This document shows positions 44,159 to 53,422 of a stretch of 64,000 nucleotides of DNA, piece after piece; position 1 is the first letter of the stretch; every line of letters starts with the position of its first letter. Where the stretch lies: IMG/VR virus record IMGVR_UViG_3300021960_000048, positions 1-64,000 of that record, one strand, 5' to 3'. Under the pieces are notes generated by a model that searched no databases, was not told where the DNA came from, and worked only from the letters and a program-made list of their open reading frames with translations. Position numbers and translations under genes: made by a program. The DNA comes from a virus.

Positions 44159-45490
44159 TCAACCTATCAATGAGTTATTCCCTAATGGATGTGGTGTCTC
44201 AGAAGCCTCTTTTAATATTTTTTCAACTTGAGTTGTTATTTGATTCCAGTCAAACTTTTCTTCTGCAAACTTTCTGGCGTTCTTACCCATAGTAGTACGG
44301 AGTTCCTTATCTAATGATAAGTCTAACATTGCTTGTGCCTGTTTGACAACATCCACTAATCCCATGTTTACTCCCCACTTTGGACCTGTTATGAATGTCG
44401 AACATGGTACTAAGATTCCTCGTTGATTCTTGCCAATTAATTCTGGACCCGTAGAATTGTCGGGTAAGATACAAGGTAAACCACATGCCATTGCTTCGGC
44501 TGATGGAATACCAAATCCTTCACCGCCTGTTGCCAACATATGAACGTCGCACATTTGGTACAATGCGGCCATCTGGTCGGCTGATAATCCCTGTAATGGG
44601 TTCTCGGACTGGTCGGAAAAAATGACGTGTTCTCGAAGCCCCATTTGCTCGACAAGTAAAGGTAAATCCCAACCACCCATACCATAAGCATCAGTCGGAC
44701 TACCACAATGAATAATCATACCAACCGAAGATGGATTCGGATGTTTGTCAAGCATGAGTCTGAACGACTCTAACATTCTGGGTTGTTGCTTACGGTTTGT
44801 GTTCTTACCTACGGAGAGAAATACAAACTCCCAAGGCACATTCATTTGTTGTCTCATCAAAAGTTTGTCAGACATACTTATTGGCTTGAACTTCTTCAAG
44901 TCAACACCATGATACAATACGTCTCCATAGTTGTCAGTATAACGGTCTAACATCGGGTCTCTCAAACCTTCGGGAGCAGTACCTTCCGAACCCAACCAGT
45001 CAATGTAAGCCTCGAATTGTTCTCGACCATACTCGGCCATCCAAAGAGGTGTATGTAGCAACTTGAGAATATCTTTCCATTTGTATGAAAGTGGGTAGCC
45101 ATCAACAGGCATGTAAGCAACATATGGTACGCCTCTATTATTTGTGGATAATACATTTTTACCAATGAACCAAGGGTCAATCAGAGAAAGCACCACATCT
45201 GGCTGTAATCGGTCTATTGTAGCCCCTAGAACGGTGTCTCCCGCTTGGTTGACTACTTCACCCCCATATTCCCCTACACCTGCGTGTACGAGCGTCCATC
45301 CTTCCGTATGTTTGAAATCTTCACCGTTGTAATCCCAACCCATAACATATACTTCATGTCCTCTCTTAACTAGCCGCTTGACTATTTCTCTAGTAACCAC
45401 ACCATATCCTGTAGGTCTTGTTGGTTGTTCTGAACACCATAGTATTCTCATTCTTTTTGTCTTGGGCTTCTTGGACTTTTTCTTCCCCAT
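44159..45490 (-). CDS. Glycosyltransferase, GT-B fold (GT4)
   Basis: RILW...PTGYG, HGVD, RKQ, EGFGIPSAEAMACGLP; start MGKKK is 29 nt after TTCAAAACC. Confidence 0.92.
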   Translation of the reverse strand: MGKKKSKKPKTKRMRILWCSEQPTRPTGYGVVTREIVKRLVKRGHEVYVMGWDYNGEDFKHTEGWTLVHAGVGEYGGEVVNQAGDTVLGATIDRLQPDVVLSLIDPWFIGKNVLSTNNRGVPYVAYMPVDGYPLSYKWKDILKLLHTPLWMAEYGREQFEAYIDWLGSEGTAPEGLRDPMLDRYTDNYGDVLYHGVDLKKFKPISMSDKLLMRQQMNVPWEFVFLSVGKNTNRKQQPRMLESFRLMLDKHPNPSSVGMIIHCGSPTDAYGMGGWDLPLLVEQMGLREHVIFSDQSENPLQGLSADQMAALYQMCDVHMLATGGEGFGIPSAEAMACGLPCILPDNSTGPELIGKNQRGILVPCSTFITGPKWGVNMGLVDVVKQAQAMLDLSLDKELRTTMGKNARKFAEEKFDWNQITTQVEKILKEASETPHPLGNNSLIG

Positions 45491-45550
45491 ATATCTCGGA
45501 TAGTGGTGAGGGTTTTGAACCAAGCGGTCATTTAGATTTGATGAGCGGGC

Positions 45551-45937
45551 TTAGATAACAAATCGTGTCCTAAGCGTTTCCGTAGGACGGCTGTCTAAAG
45601 TGTGTTGAAGAGTTCCAGACCCACCCACTGCACGATAAGTCTCCACGTCCAATAATAATCTATTACCACTGGTTGTCATCTTCGGTGTTAAGGCATTGCC
45701 AGATGTACTCCAACCCACACGAACCACGCCGCTTAACCCCGGCCTCAGAGATAAGACGTTAGTACCACTGATAGCATATAGTAGGGTTGGTGGCGCTACT
45801 CCTGTCCCGTCCATAAAATCTGATAGAGATGCGAGTAGAACGTCGGCAGTCGATGTTTCAGTCCCCCATGTGCCTAGGCCATACCATACTGGATTCCTAA
45901 ACATAAGACGGACTGTCTCATACCTGTCCATGTCCAT
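45551..45937 (-). CDS. Virion protein, possibly head-closure (stopper)
   Basis: 128 aa beta-rich; GNRLLLDVETYRAV resembles gp16-like stoppers (inference). Confidence 0.4.
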   Translation of the reverse strand: MDMDRYETVRLMFRNPVWYGLGTWGTETSTADVLLASLSDFMDGTGVAPPTLLYAISGTNVLSLRPGLSGVVRVGWSTSGNALTPKMTTSGNRLLLDVETYRAVGGSGTLQHTLDSRPTETLRTRFVI

Positions 45938-45973
45938 ACCCTTGACGGGTCAGACAAGGCTATTGACGCTTAT

Positions 45974-46144
45974 TCAGCGACAAGTAGTACCTGCGTACAC
46001 TCTTTCACTTTGACAGTTGATACAAATGAAGATGATGTCTCCTGTCTCTCGGTCATAGTGTCGGTGTATGTCGTCAGCGTTTCTTTGGTGCATTCCGCCA
46101 CAGTCTTGGCATAGGTTGTCTGTTTGGTCTATTGGGTTGCTCAT
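45974..46144 (-). CDS. Cassette orphan: 56-aa Zn-finger microprotein (MSNP...)
   Basis: Not in the track; MSNPIDQTDNLCQDCGG...FICINCQSERVYAGTTCR behind a class-1 promoter. Confidence 0.75.
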   Translation of the reverse strand: MSNPIDQTDNLCQDCGGMHQRNADDIHRHYDRETGDIIFICINCQSERVYAGTTCR

Positions 46145-46187
46145 GTTCTAACGGAGAGGATGCCCCTATATAACCTTTGTGTTATAT
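46145..46187 (-). promoter_or_regulatory. Class-1 cassette promoter (perfect palindrome)
   Basis: ATATAAC-ACAAAG-GTTATATAGGGGCATCCTCTCCGTTAGAAC-ATG. Confidence 0.85.
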
Positions 46188-46477
46188 TACTTTCTCTTTT
46201 TGTTCCACAAGTCAATGAGATACAATGCTTTTCTAGCGTCTCCTATTGGTTTGGGTTTTACTTTTTTGGGCTTTGGTCTGTCGGCAAAGCAAACTTCGCA
46301 GCGGGTCAACTTTGATTCGTCGGCTAGATATTTTTCTGGCATACCCGCGTCCGGTTGTTTACCACCGTCGCACTTACGAACTTTGTCATAGTAGACACTA
46401 ACGAACTCGCCTTCACCTTCTACTCTTCTCACTTCTTTAAGCAAGTGAAGAACACTCCAGTTATACTTTTGACTCAT
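46187..46477 (-). CDS. Basic hypothetical protein
   Basis: 96 aa, CEVC, Lys-rich tail. Confidence 0.6.
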   Translation of the reverse strand: MSQKYNWSVLHLLKEVRRVEGEGEFVSVYYDKVRKCDGGKQPDAGMPEKYLADESKLTRCEVCFADRPKPKKVKPKPIGDARKALYLIDLWNKKRK

Positions 46478-46682
46478 AGTCGGGATGCTCCTTCGGTAGT
46501 TTGTGTAACCTTCGATATGCTAGATTGCCAATTAAGTCAGACACATTTTCTGCCGCCTGTTTAACTCTCTTTCTACTATGCTCGTCCTTCCCCATTTCTC
46601 TTAACACTGGGGCTATGTCAATTTTAGTCATGATGTGCATGAGGATTTCATACTCTGCGTGGCTAATTGTTTTCGCTCTCAT
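46461..46682 (-). CDS. Hypothetical protein
   Basis: 73 aa; TTATATA box 28 nt upstream. Confidence 0.65.
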   Translation of the reverse strand: MRAKTISHAEYEILMHIMTKIDIAPVLREMGKDEHSRKRVKQAAENVSDLIGNLAYRRLHKLPKEHPDYESKV

Positions 46683-46714
46683 AGTGTCGAGACGGACTAT
46701 ATGTATATAAGACT

Positions 46715-47077
46715 TTATATTAACTCTCTTCTACCTTGTTGCTTTGCTGTTTTCATTCTATGATGATTAGCACAAAGAGGTTCACACTTTGATACTTCTT
46801 CCATTATCGTGTCCCAACCGTAGCCGTCAGACACCATCAGAGATATGTTTGCTACTTTCTTTGAAGGGTCTAAATGATGCAAGTCAATTGCTTCGGGGTC
46901 ATCATTGAAGCCACATACAGCACACGCTAATTGAGACTTGTATTCATCCCACTTACGTTTGAGTAATTGCTTTCTAGCCTTGACCCTAGAACGCATTAAT
47001 TCTTTGTTCTGGTGGTAATACTTGCGTTGATATTCCTTGTTATATTCCCTACGTTTCTTAGGGTCTTTGTAGGGCAT
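46715..47077 (-). CDS. HNH endonuclease
   Basis: CAVCG...DLHH...KCEPLCANHHR, basic N-terminal helix. Confidence 0.85.
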   Translation of the reverse strand: MPYKDPKKRREYNKEYQRKYYHQNKELMRSRVKARKQLLKRKWDEYKSQLACAVCGFNDDPEAIDLHHLDPSKKVANISLMVSDGYGWDTIMEEVSKCEPLCANHHRMKTAKQQGRRELI

Positions 47078-47103
47078 TGAACCGTACAGTAAAAACGTGG
47101 CTC

Positions 47104-47475
47104 TTAACTGTGCTTTTCCTTGTACTCTTTAGAAGCAAATAAACTATCCAACATTTGTTGCCGAGTTAAAGTTCCTAATGGACCTAGAGAACGGACATAA
47201 TGTTTCTTTCCACCTAGGTCTACCTCTCTTCCTAGAACAGCCATGTAAGCCTTCTCTACGAAGTCCTCAACGGACATGTCAAGAGGGTCAACACTTGGTA
47301 ATGTAATATTACCTTTCGATACTTTAACTTCTTCAACAACTTCTTCCTCTTCAGGATAAAGATGATTTGTTAATCTCTCGATAAGGAGAGCCTTCGTTCC
47401 ATCTGATGTTAGTCCATGTTCTTCACACAATGCTACTAATTCTGCTTTCAGTAATGACGTTAATTCGTCGGTCAT
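47104..47475 (-). CDS. SAP-domain + DUF4214-like protein
   Basis: LLKAELVALCEEHGLTSDGTKALLIERL (SAP); FVEKAYMAVLGREVDLGG...SKEY. Confidence 0.7.
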   Translation of the reverse strand: MTDELTSLLKAELVALCEEHGLTSDGTKALLIERLTNHLYPEEEEVVEEVKVSKGNITLPSVDPLDMSVEDFVEKAYMAVLGREVDLGGKKHYVRSLGPLGTLTRQQMLDSLFASKEYKEKHS

Positions 47476-47508
47476 ATTGATAGGGTCAGAGATTACGGTT
47501 TATGACTA

Positions 47509-47898
47509 TCACGGTTCAAGACCATATTCAATTATCTGAATTGAGCCATTTGTAAATGCTTCACGCAGAGTTATAGTATTACAAACTGTATTTTCATAAT
47601 ATGAGTTGACTGGTAAAGTGAGGTAAAGAAGTCGAGAACCTAGAACTTCTGCTTTGTAAGGAGTTCCGTTGTCTATTGTTCCGTTGATTGTGAAAATGTA
47701 AGATGTTCCCGTTTCATCAAACTTGGCTTCTTTCTTTTCAATCACACCACCTACCCAATAACATTCATCATCCACCCAAGGGAAATAAGTGGTTGGGTAT
47801 CTAGCAGGTGAGGTTACTACTACTGCTATCGAGAATGACCACATGACCATCATGACGACCATTAGAACGGCCTTAACAGTGGTAGCCCTATCACTCAC
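47509..47898 (-). CDS. Membrane-anchored protein
   Basis: N-terminal hydrophobic helix followed by a beta-rich domain. Confidence 0.65.
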   Translation of the reverse strand: MSDRATTVKAVLMVVMMVMWSFSIAVVVTSPARYPTTYFPWVDDECYWVGGVIEKKEAKFDETGTSYIFTINGTIDNGTPYKAEVLGSRLLYLTLPVNSYYENTVCNTITLREAFTNGSIQIIEYGLEP

Positions 47899-47946
47899 AA
47901 TTAATGGTTGACTGCGAGGTCAATAAGCGAAGGGCATTGAACCACA

Positions 47947-48138
47947 TTAAGAAGATAATACGATTCTCTCACTGCCGCTGTAGAACGCTCGTCCTCTTCG
48001 GAAGTTAAAGGTCGTCTCTACACCGTTTACCATTGCTGTTTGAGTTTCGTACACGTTTACCATTCTGAATGTGCATGTACTTGGTGTGTGCTGTGTGTTT
48101 ATTATTTCGCCATTGAAGCCTACTATTTGGTTGCTCAT
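47947..48138 (-). CDS. Cassette orphan protein (MSNQ...)
   Basis: 63 aa behind a class-1 promoter. Confidence 0.7.
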   Translation of the reverse strand: MSNQIVGFNGEIINTQHTPSTCTFRMVNVYETQTAMVNGVETTFNFRRGRAFYSGSERIVLSS

Positions 48139-48181
48139 GTTATTGCGGAGCGACTACCCCTATATAAGATGTTCGTTATAT
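48139..48181 (-). promoter_or_regulatory. Class-1 cassette promoter
   Basis: ATATAAC-GAACAT-CTTATATAGGGGTAGTCGCTCCGCAATAAC-ATG. Confidence 0.8.
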
Positions 48182-48184
48182 GGA

Positions 48185-48697
48185 TTACTCTTGCCATCGA
48201 ATCGCAAGCGTGTGCTGAGATTGATAACCAATGCAATCTCCTTCTTTATCTCCACCCATTCCTTTCTTCGGAGATTCAATCTCAACTGCCTTGGTTTCTT
48301 CCGACCTCATGATTTTGATAAAGTGATAATCAGTTCCATTCACCCCGGTTGACCCGGTTAAGTCTGGTGTAGTCAAACTACGGGTGTGCATCAAGTCGAT
48401 GAACTTCCGATACAATTGCCAGTGTTTCGCTCTAGTATCAGCATACAAAGTAACCAACATGAATTGAGTTGCGTCTGTATTTAACGTAGCACCTTCCGTT
48501 AAATGAACAGGGAATGACATTCCGTAGGAAGGCATGATTGAGATTTGAAATGTCTTTTGACGCTTGAACTCTAGCCATCCAGTATTGACTAAAGGTGTCC
48601 ATACACCATCCGGTGAGACCATGTTGGACTCGATTAGATTCTTGACTAATGTATGTGGGTCTGTTGAGGGAACACCAGTATCAGTTATCGCCATCAA
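48185..48697 (-). CDS. Putative tail terminator/completion protein
   Basis: Size, position after the connector gene, alpha/beta pattern. Confidence 0.5.
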   Translation of the reverse strand: MMAITDTGVPSTDPHTLVKNLIESNMVSPDGVWTPLVNTGWLEFKRQKTFQISIMPSYGMSFPVHLTEGATLNTDATQFMLVTLYADTRAKHWQLYRKFIDLMHTRSLTTPDLTGSTGVNGTDYHFIKIMRSEETKAVEIESPKKGMGGDKEGDCIGYQSQHTLAIRWQE

Positions 48698-48747
48698 ATA
48701 TCGACTCCATGCAATCTAAAAACATACGACATGTACTGTACGGTCTT

Positions 48748-49392
48748 TCAGTAGAAGTTGTTGTAGTTGGTTCTGTATTGTCCATAAGTTGCCACCCCCA
48801 TTAATCCCATTCTTTGAATACGCTTTAACATTTCCATATATTCTTTTTCTGAACTAGCAAGTAAGGGTCTCCAGAACTCTTTCATCCTTTCAGTACAGTT
48901 CTCATCATTCAATGCTGCCCTAGCCGCTTGACGTACTACAAGAAGTATGGTAGCCATCTTTGCTTCTATAGGTGCGGTAGCAGTACCATAGACATAGACG
49001 ACTTTCAGATATTGTCTTAGAGACTCAGCCCAAGGCTGATGAAATCTAACGATTCCCGCGTCGCCATCTTCTAACCAATAATCATGAGTCGAACGAATAC
49101 GCCCTGCGTCTAAGACTGTTTCATTCCCAGAAGCGTCGATAGTTGAAATGGAAGTGATTGAGGCTACTGGTCTCTTGGAAAGGCTGAGATGGCGAAGCGA
49201 GTAATGAATATCAAAATACTCTGTTTCTGTTTCTGTTCCCGCTAGTTGTCTACCTGCATAGGCATCAACCATACGAGATGCGTTAGTTATCATGGATTCG
49301 ACTTGAGAATCAGATGGTCCTATTCCTTCGGAAAAGTCTACACCTGCATACATCTCAACGTCTGCTAAAGTACAGTAGTCTATGGCCGCCAT
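48748..49392 (-). CDS. Head-tail connector (adaptor)
   Basis: YCTLADV...ITNASRMVDAYAGR...KVVYVYG...P..AKMA, directly after the capsid gene. Confidence 0.8.
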   Translation of the reverse strand: MAAIDYCTLADVEMYAGVDFSEGIGPSDSQVESMITNASRMVDAYAGRQLAGTETETEYFDIHYSLRHLSLSKRPVASITSISTIDASGNETVLDAGRIRSTHDYWLEDGDAGIVRFHQPWAESLRQYLKVVYVYGTATAPIEAKMATILLVVRQAARAALNDENCTERMKEFWRPLLASSEKEYMEMLKRIQRMGLMGVATYGQYRTNYNNFY

Positions 49393-49430
49393 GTTGATAC
49401 CTTACGCTAAGTGGGTATTAACGAATCCGA

Positions 49431-49456
49431 AAGGATAGGGCCGAAGCCCCGTCCTT
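49431..49456 (-). terminator. UUCG-capped hairpin at the 3' end of the capsid gene
   Basis: AAGGACGGGGC-TTCG-GCCCTATCCTT about 20 nt after the MCP stop. Confidence 0.65.
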
Positions 49457-49475
49457 ACGATTACGGTTAGCCTAT

Positions 49476-50540
49476 TCAGACTGTGTTGATTCCAACAACT
49501 TCGCATATTGCTTCGCCGTATCTTACTGCGAATGCAACGTCTTGCTTTGGTATTAGAATGAACCTGTCTTTGGTTGGTTCGTCGTGGAAACCTATGCTGA
49601 ATCTTCTTTCAGCAACGGTTGAATTACCTACGATTGGGCTTCTGATGTGAGTCAAGATAGCACTTGTGTAAGTAGATGAAGAACCTGCGTCAGATGTACC
49701 ATCTAATGCTTGGTTAACAGGGATAACACCAGTAGCGAACACACGGATTCCGTAGATTCGTCCTACTTCTCCGTTAAGGATAGTAGCCGCTGGTCCGTAT
49801 TTGTCGACTGTCTGGAGTTCAGTTAATCCGAGCAGTTGAACTTCGAGGTTTCTAGGTACTATGAATGCTAAGTCCTCTCTGTTGTCTGCGTAGACACCAA
49901 GGTTGGAGATAGCACTTCTCATGTGAGATAGAGCGAATGTTCCGCTTACTGTTACATCAGATGCAGCAGCACTCTTTCTGATTCCGTCGAATACTAATAG
50001 GTAATCGTTCTTCTCAGAGCCAGATGTTGTGCTTATTCCACCAGTGTTAGTAGATGCGTTGTAAGCACCCATGATGTTGTCAGCCAATGTGGATTCAGTG
50101 TCAGCGTTTAGGAACAAGTTTGCTTCGTTAAATGCTAAACGAGAAGCAATGTCCTCACGTAGAACTGAAAGTAATCCCTCTACACCGTATGCTACTAGGT
50201 AGTTTCCGATTGGGATGTTTGCCATCATAGTCTTAAGTTCCAAACTGATTTCGTTTGTTGCTTGACGGCTCTCTGTAGGTGTATCACCAGACTCGGTGTT
50301 TGTAAGAGTCTGTTGGTGAAAGTCAATACTGCCAGTTAACTTTGGCACTTTCACAATTCTTCGGCTCATTGGCATGGCAGGGAGTAAACTTCTCATGAAG
50401 TTTCTCTCATAAACCAATTCAATGATTTCTTCGGCGGTCTCTGTCGGTAGGAATGTCGCACCAGTAGAGGAAGCCGCACCTGCTAGAGCAGCCTTTACTC
50501 TCTCTACGACATCCGTAAACTCAATTTCTTCTGTTGTCAT
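49476..50540 (-). CDS. Major capsid protein (HK97 fold)
   Basis: GATFLPTETAEEII, DIASRLAFNE..FLN, DGIRK, GRIYGIRV; follows the protease/scaffold gene. Confidence 0.92.
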   Translation of the reverse strand: MTTEEIEFTDVVERVKAALAGAASSTGATFLPTETAEEIIELVYERNFMRSLLPAMPMSRRIVKVPKLTGSIDFHQQTLTNTESGDTPTESRQATNEISLELKTMMANIPIGNYLVAYGVEGLLSVLREDIASRLAFNEANLFLNADTESTLADNIMGAYNASTNTGGISTTSGSEKNDYLLVFDGIRKSAAASDVTVSGTFALSHMRSAISNLGVYADNREDLAFIVPRNLEVQLLGLTELQTVDKYGPAATILNGEVGRIYGIRVFATGVIPVNQALDGTSDAGSSSTYTSAILTHIRSPIVGNSTVAERRFSIGFHDEPTKDRFILIPKQDVAFAVRYGEAICEVVGINTV

Positions 50541-50569
50541 ATCTTTTCACTTCCTATTTAATTTGGGTT

Positions 50570-51220
50570 TCAGACCCCACTCCTATCTTCTAAACGTGCT
50601 GATAACCAGCCCGCTAAACCGACCATGCCCGGAGACACGTTTGGTTGGGGGTCGAACTTTGTTACACCAGTCTTTTTCTTTGGTGTTGTTTCATCAGCAA
50701 CAAGCGACTTACGTGCCGCCTTTGCTTTTGGGGTTGAGATAGGTAAATCACTTACCACATCTGCTAATCTCTTAGAAACTTCTGCCTCAATTTCTGCTTC
50801 TTTCTCAGCAGCGGCTTTCTCTTCTGTTAGAGATAGGATTGTTTGTTCTTTCTCTGCAAGTAATGATTTCAGAGATTCTTGCTCGTCTAACATTGTAGAC
50901 ATGTTGTTGACTGTTTGGTCCATGTCTGCTAATGCTTTTACAACTTGCATTAAAACTTCAACTGTTGAAGGTAGGTCAGATTTTTCTTCTAACTCTTCTT
51001 CAACTTCTTCTTCGAGGTCGTCGTCTGCTTCTTCAACTTCTTCTTCAAGAACTTCTTCTGCTTCTTCTAAGACTTCCTCATCATCTTCGGTCTCGTCCTC
51101 GGACTTTACTACTGTCTCTTCAACAGGCGCAACTGTCTCGATAGGATTCTCTTCTGCGTCCTCAAGGATAGATTTTTCCTCAAGTTCGTCGTCTGTTATC
51201 TCGATGTCCTCAGCGGTCAT
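50570..51220 (-). CDS. Putative nested scaffolding protein (in-frame internal start)
   Basis: TTAATACCC box 32 nt before in-frame ATG 51220 (MTAEDIEI...). Confidence 0.55.
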   Translation of the reverse strand: MTAEDIEITDDELEEKSILEDAEENPIETVAPVEETVVKSEDETEDDEEVLEEAEEVLEEEVEEADDDLEEEVEEELEEKSDLPSTVEVLMQVVKALADMDQTVNNMSTMLDEQESLKSLLAEKEQTILSLTEEKAAAEKEAEIEAEVSKRLADVVSDLPISTPKAKAARKSLVADETTPKKKTGVTKFDPQPNVSPGMVGLAGWLSARLEDRSGV

Positions 51221-52216
51221 TGAACTATTGGATGACACAACGGGGGTATTAAGCAAATCGCTTGGCAAACCTTTCTCTTCAAAAGCCTCTAGGGTTGCTT
51301 CAAGTATAGATAATCGGTCAACCAATGCCGATAAAATAGATTTCATCTCATCATCATCTTCGTCATGATAACTTGCATCTTCCATATCTTCTGCCTTGGC
51401 GTATGTAAGATAGTAGTTGCTGTCATCTTCCTCGATAGCAACTATGTGTTTCTCTTCAACTTCGGTTTGTTTATTGTCGCAAGTGCAACTTGAACCGCCA
51501 TCACATGACTTCTCTTCACTACGTAACACCGTAGCATGAACCTTTGGTTTAACCTCAAACTGAGAATATTTGTTTGAATCGTAAACTTCGTCGATGCTAA
51601 AATCGACATTTGCTATATCTGAACTAAGGAGCGACTTCTCTACGGAAAATAATGCACCGGGTGAAGCGGGTACATCAACAACCGAAGTTTCTAACCATTC
51701 AATATCTGTGAACTTCATGTAGCATGAATCTTCATCCTTACATTCTTTTACAGCCGCTTTAGCAATAAAGCCAATTGAGAATGCTCTCAACATACCTTTG
51801 CGAATCTTTCTAGTAATATCTTTCTCACCGTTATCAATACGTGCTACACCTATTGGTACAGAGACGGTTGTTCCATCCGGTTTCTTGAATGAACCCATTT
51901 GCACATCTTCCATAACACCAATGACACCGTATGTCTTAGAATGGTTGTATAATATAACTGGGTTCTTTCGATAGCCTTCCCATGCTTCTATGATTGCATC
52001 ATTGTCTACCAATTCATTGTGTCTATCTAGCATATCGTCGTCTCCGACATATACTGGTCCTTTGATTCGTACGTCAGAATCTTTGTCGTCGTGTACTCCT
52101 TTCATAGTTACGAAAGGTGTCTCTACACGATAGAGAATTACCGCTTCGGATTCATCTCCTTCTAGTGAGTCAAAGAGCCTGTGGTCTCGAATCAGCGTTG
52201 CCGATAACGTGTCCAT
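50570..52216 (-). CDS. Prohead protease with C-terminal acidic scaffold region
   Basis: DRHNE, NPVILYNH, AFSIGF, ETSVVDVPA (HK97-type S78 motifs); acidic coiled-coil C-terminal half. Confidence 0.9.
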   Translation of the reverse strand: MDTLSATLIRDHRLFDSLEGDESEAVILYRVETPFVTMKGVHDDKDSDVRIKGPVYVGDDDMLDRHNELVDNDAIIEAWEGYRKNPVILYNHSKTYGVIGVMEDVQMGSFKKPDGTTVSVPIGVARIDNGEKDITRKIRKGMLRAFSIGFIAKAAVKECKDEDSCYMKFTDIEWLETSVVDVPASPGALFSVEKSLLSSDIANVDFSIDEVYDSNKYSQFEVKPKVHATVLRSEEKSCDGGSSCTCDNKQTEVEEKHIVAIEEDDSNYYLTYAKAEDMEDASYHDEDDDEMKSILSALVDRLSILEATLEAFEEKGLPSDLLNTPVVSSNSSMTAEDIEITDDELEEKSILEDAEENPIETVAPVEETVVKSEDETEDDEEVLEEAEEVLEEEVEEADDDLEEEVEEELEEKSDLPSTVEVLMQVVKALADMDQTVNNMSTMLDEQESLKSLLAEKEQTILSLTEEKAAAEKEAEIEAEVSKRLADVVSDLPISTPKAKAARKSLVADETTPKKKTGVTKFDPQPNVSPGMVGLAGWLSARLEDRSGV

Positions 52217-52262
52217 GTTTCAGCGGTAGGACATGTCATGGTTAATGAGTATTAACTTTTGA

Positions 52263-52424
52263 TTAATGCTCCATGAAACCCGTACTTGGTGAAGCACAAG
52301 TGGAATAACATTCCCTACATATGAATGTAAAGTAAGTTACTCCTTCAAACACTTCTGATACGTTCCTAACTATGTTAAACTGGTTGCTGTTGCATTCTGG
52401 TTGGCTGCATGCTATAATTGTCAT
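52263..52424 (-). CDS. Cassette orphan: 53-aa Zn-ribbon microprotein
   Basis: Not in the track; MTIIACSQPEC...TYFTFICREC behind a class-1 promoter. Confidence 0.7.
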   Translation of the reverse strand: MTIIACSQPECNSNQFNIVRNVSEVFEGVTYFTFICRECYSTCASPSTGFMEH

Positions 52425-52466
52425 GATTGGCGGTAGGGGTATAGGTATATAACATTTACCCTATAT
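52425..52466 (-). promoter_or_regulatory. Class-1 cassette promoter
   Basis: ATATAGG-GTAAAT-GTTATATACCTATACCCCTACCGCCAATC-ATG. Confidence 0.75.
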
Positions 52467-53422
52467 CACTTACGAAGTCTTGCTTTCTCATCAGAGATTA
52501 CTTTTCTCATATGTGAGAGACCTCTGCTACCAACCATTAACCATTTGACTTGAGCAATCACACCTGCAAGTCTGAAATCCTTGTAGTGCCTAGCCGACCA
52601 TGCTTCTCTGAGACGGACGGCCTTCTCATCTGTTGGAGTCTTGGCTTCTCCCATTTGACTATGGACTTTTGATAATCGAGTAAATTGTGTATTACCTAGA
52701 ATGTTCCCACCCCTTTTCCATATCTGAGGCCATTCCTCTTTCAACTTCTGAGCCTCGGCAAGAGGGAATTGGTCGTACTCAGAATTACGTAGGCTCACCT
52801 TCTTATCATCTCCCCTCTTTGGAAAATTAGTCTTAGGTGCTTTCTCTACTACCTGCTTACTCTTAGAAGATTGAGGATGCCCTGCGGGTAGTAAGTCGGT
52901 GTCATGCTTGCCGCCTCTAAATCTACCATTGCGTAAAACATAGAGAAAAGAATTGACTCTAGCATACGCCCATTGTTCAGCCGAAGTTACGGTTGGACGA
53001 ACGCTGCCGGGATTTGTTTGATATGCACCAACACCTCGGTCAAACACGGCACTCAACGTACGGACGTTGGTTCTCTTACTTGCCACGTTTCCAACATCTG
53101 CGTTATGTTTCTCTGCTTTTTCTTTGAGAGTTTTCTTTACAGCAGCACTGGCTTTTTGCTCACCTTTTGTTTCTGGTTTCTTTATCTTACGGAGCATCTT
53201 AGTTCTAACTGCAACTCTTCTATCGGACCGGGTATAAGTTCCATCTTCGTTATTGACGTACACCCTTACAATACCAACTGTTTCGCTAGAACTTGCTTCG
53301 ATTGTTTCAGTACCACCACTTGAAGTAACAACTTGGTGTTTACCTGCATTATTTACAGACTCGACCTGTCCAACATACCTACCTTTTCGTGTAGCCCAAC
53401 TTACATAATCTCCTTTATTCAT
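52466..53422 (-). CDS. Basic multidomain head-module protein
   Basis: N-terminal SH3/Tudor-like GDYVSW; VFDRGVGAY...QWAYARVNSFL domain; lies between portal and protease genes. Confidence 0.65.
   Translation of the reverse strand: MNKGDYVSWATRKGRYVGQVESVNNAGKHQVVTSSGGTETIEASSSETVGIVRVYVNNEDGTYTRSDRRVAVRTKMLRKIKKPETKGEQKASAAVKKTLKEKAEKHNADVGNVASKRTNVRTLSAVFDRGVGAYQTNPGSVRPTVTSAEQWAYARVNSFLYVLRNGRFRGGKHDTDLLPAGHPQSSKSKQVVEKAPKTNFPKRGDDKKVSLRNSEYDQFPLAEAQKLKEEWPQIWKRGGNILGNTQFTRLSKVHSQMGEAKTPTDEKAVRLREAWSARHYKDFRLAGVIAQVKWLMVGSRGLSHMRKVISDEKARLRK

Noticed and set aside
50625-51368. 247-aa Ser-rich plus-strand ORF
   Set aside because: Mirror of GAA-rich codons in the scaffold region.
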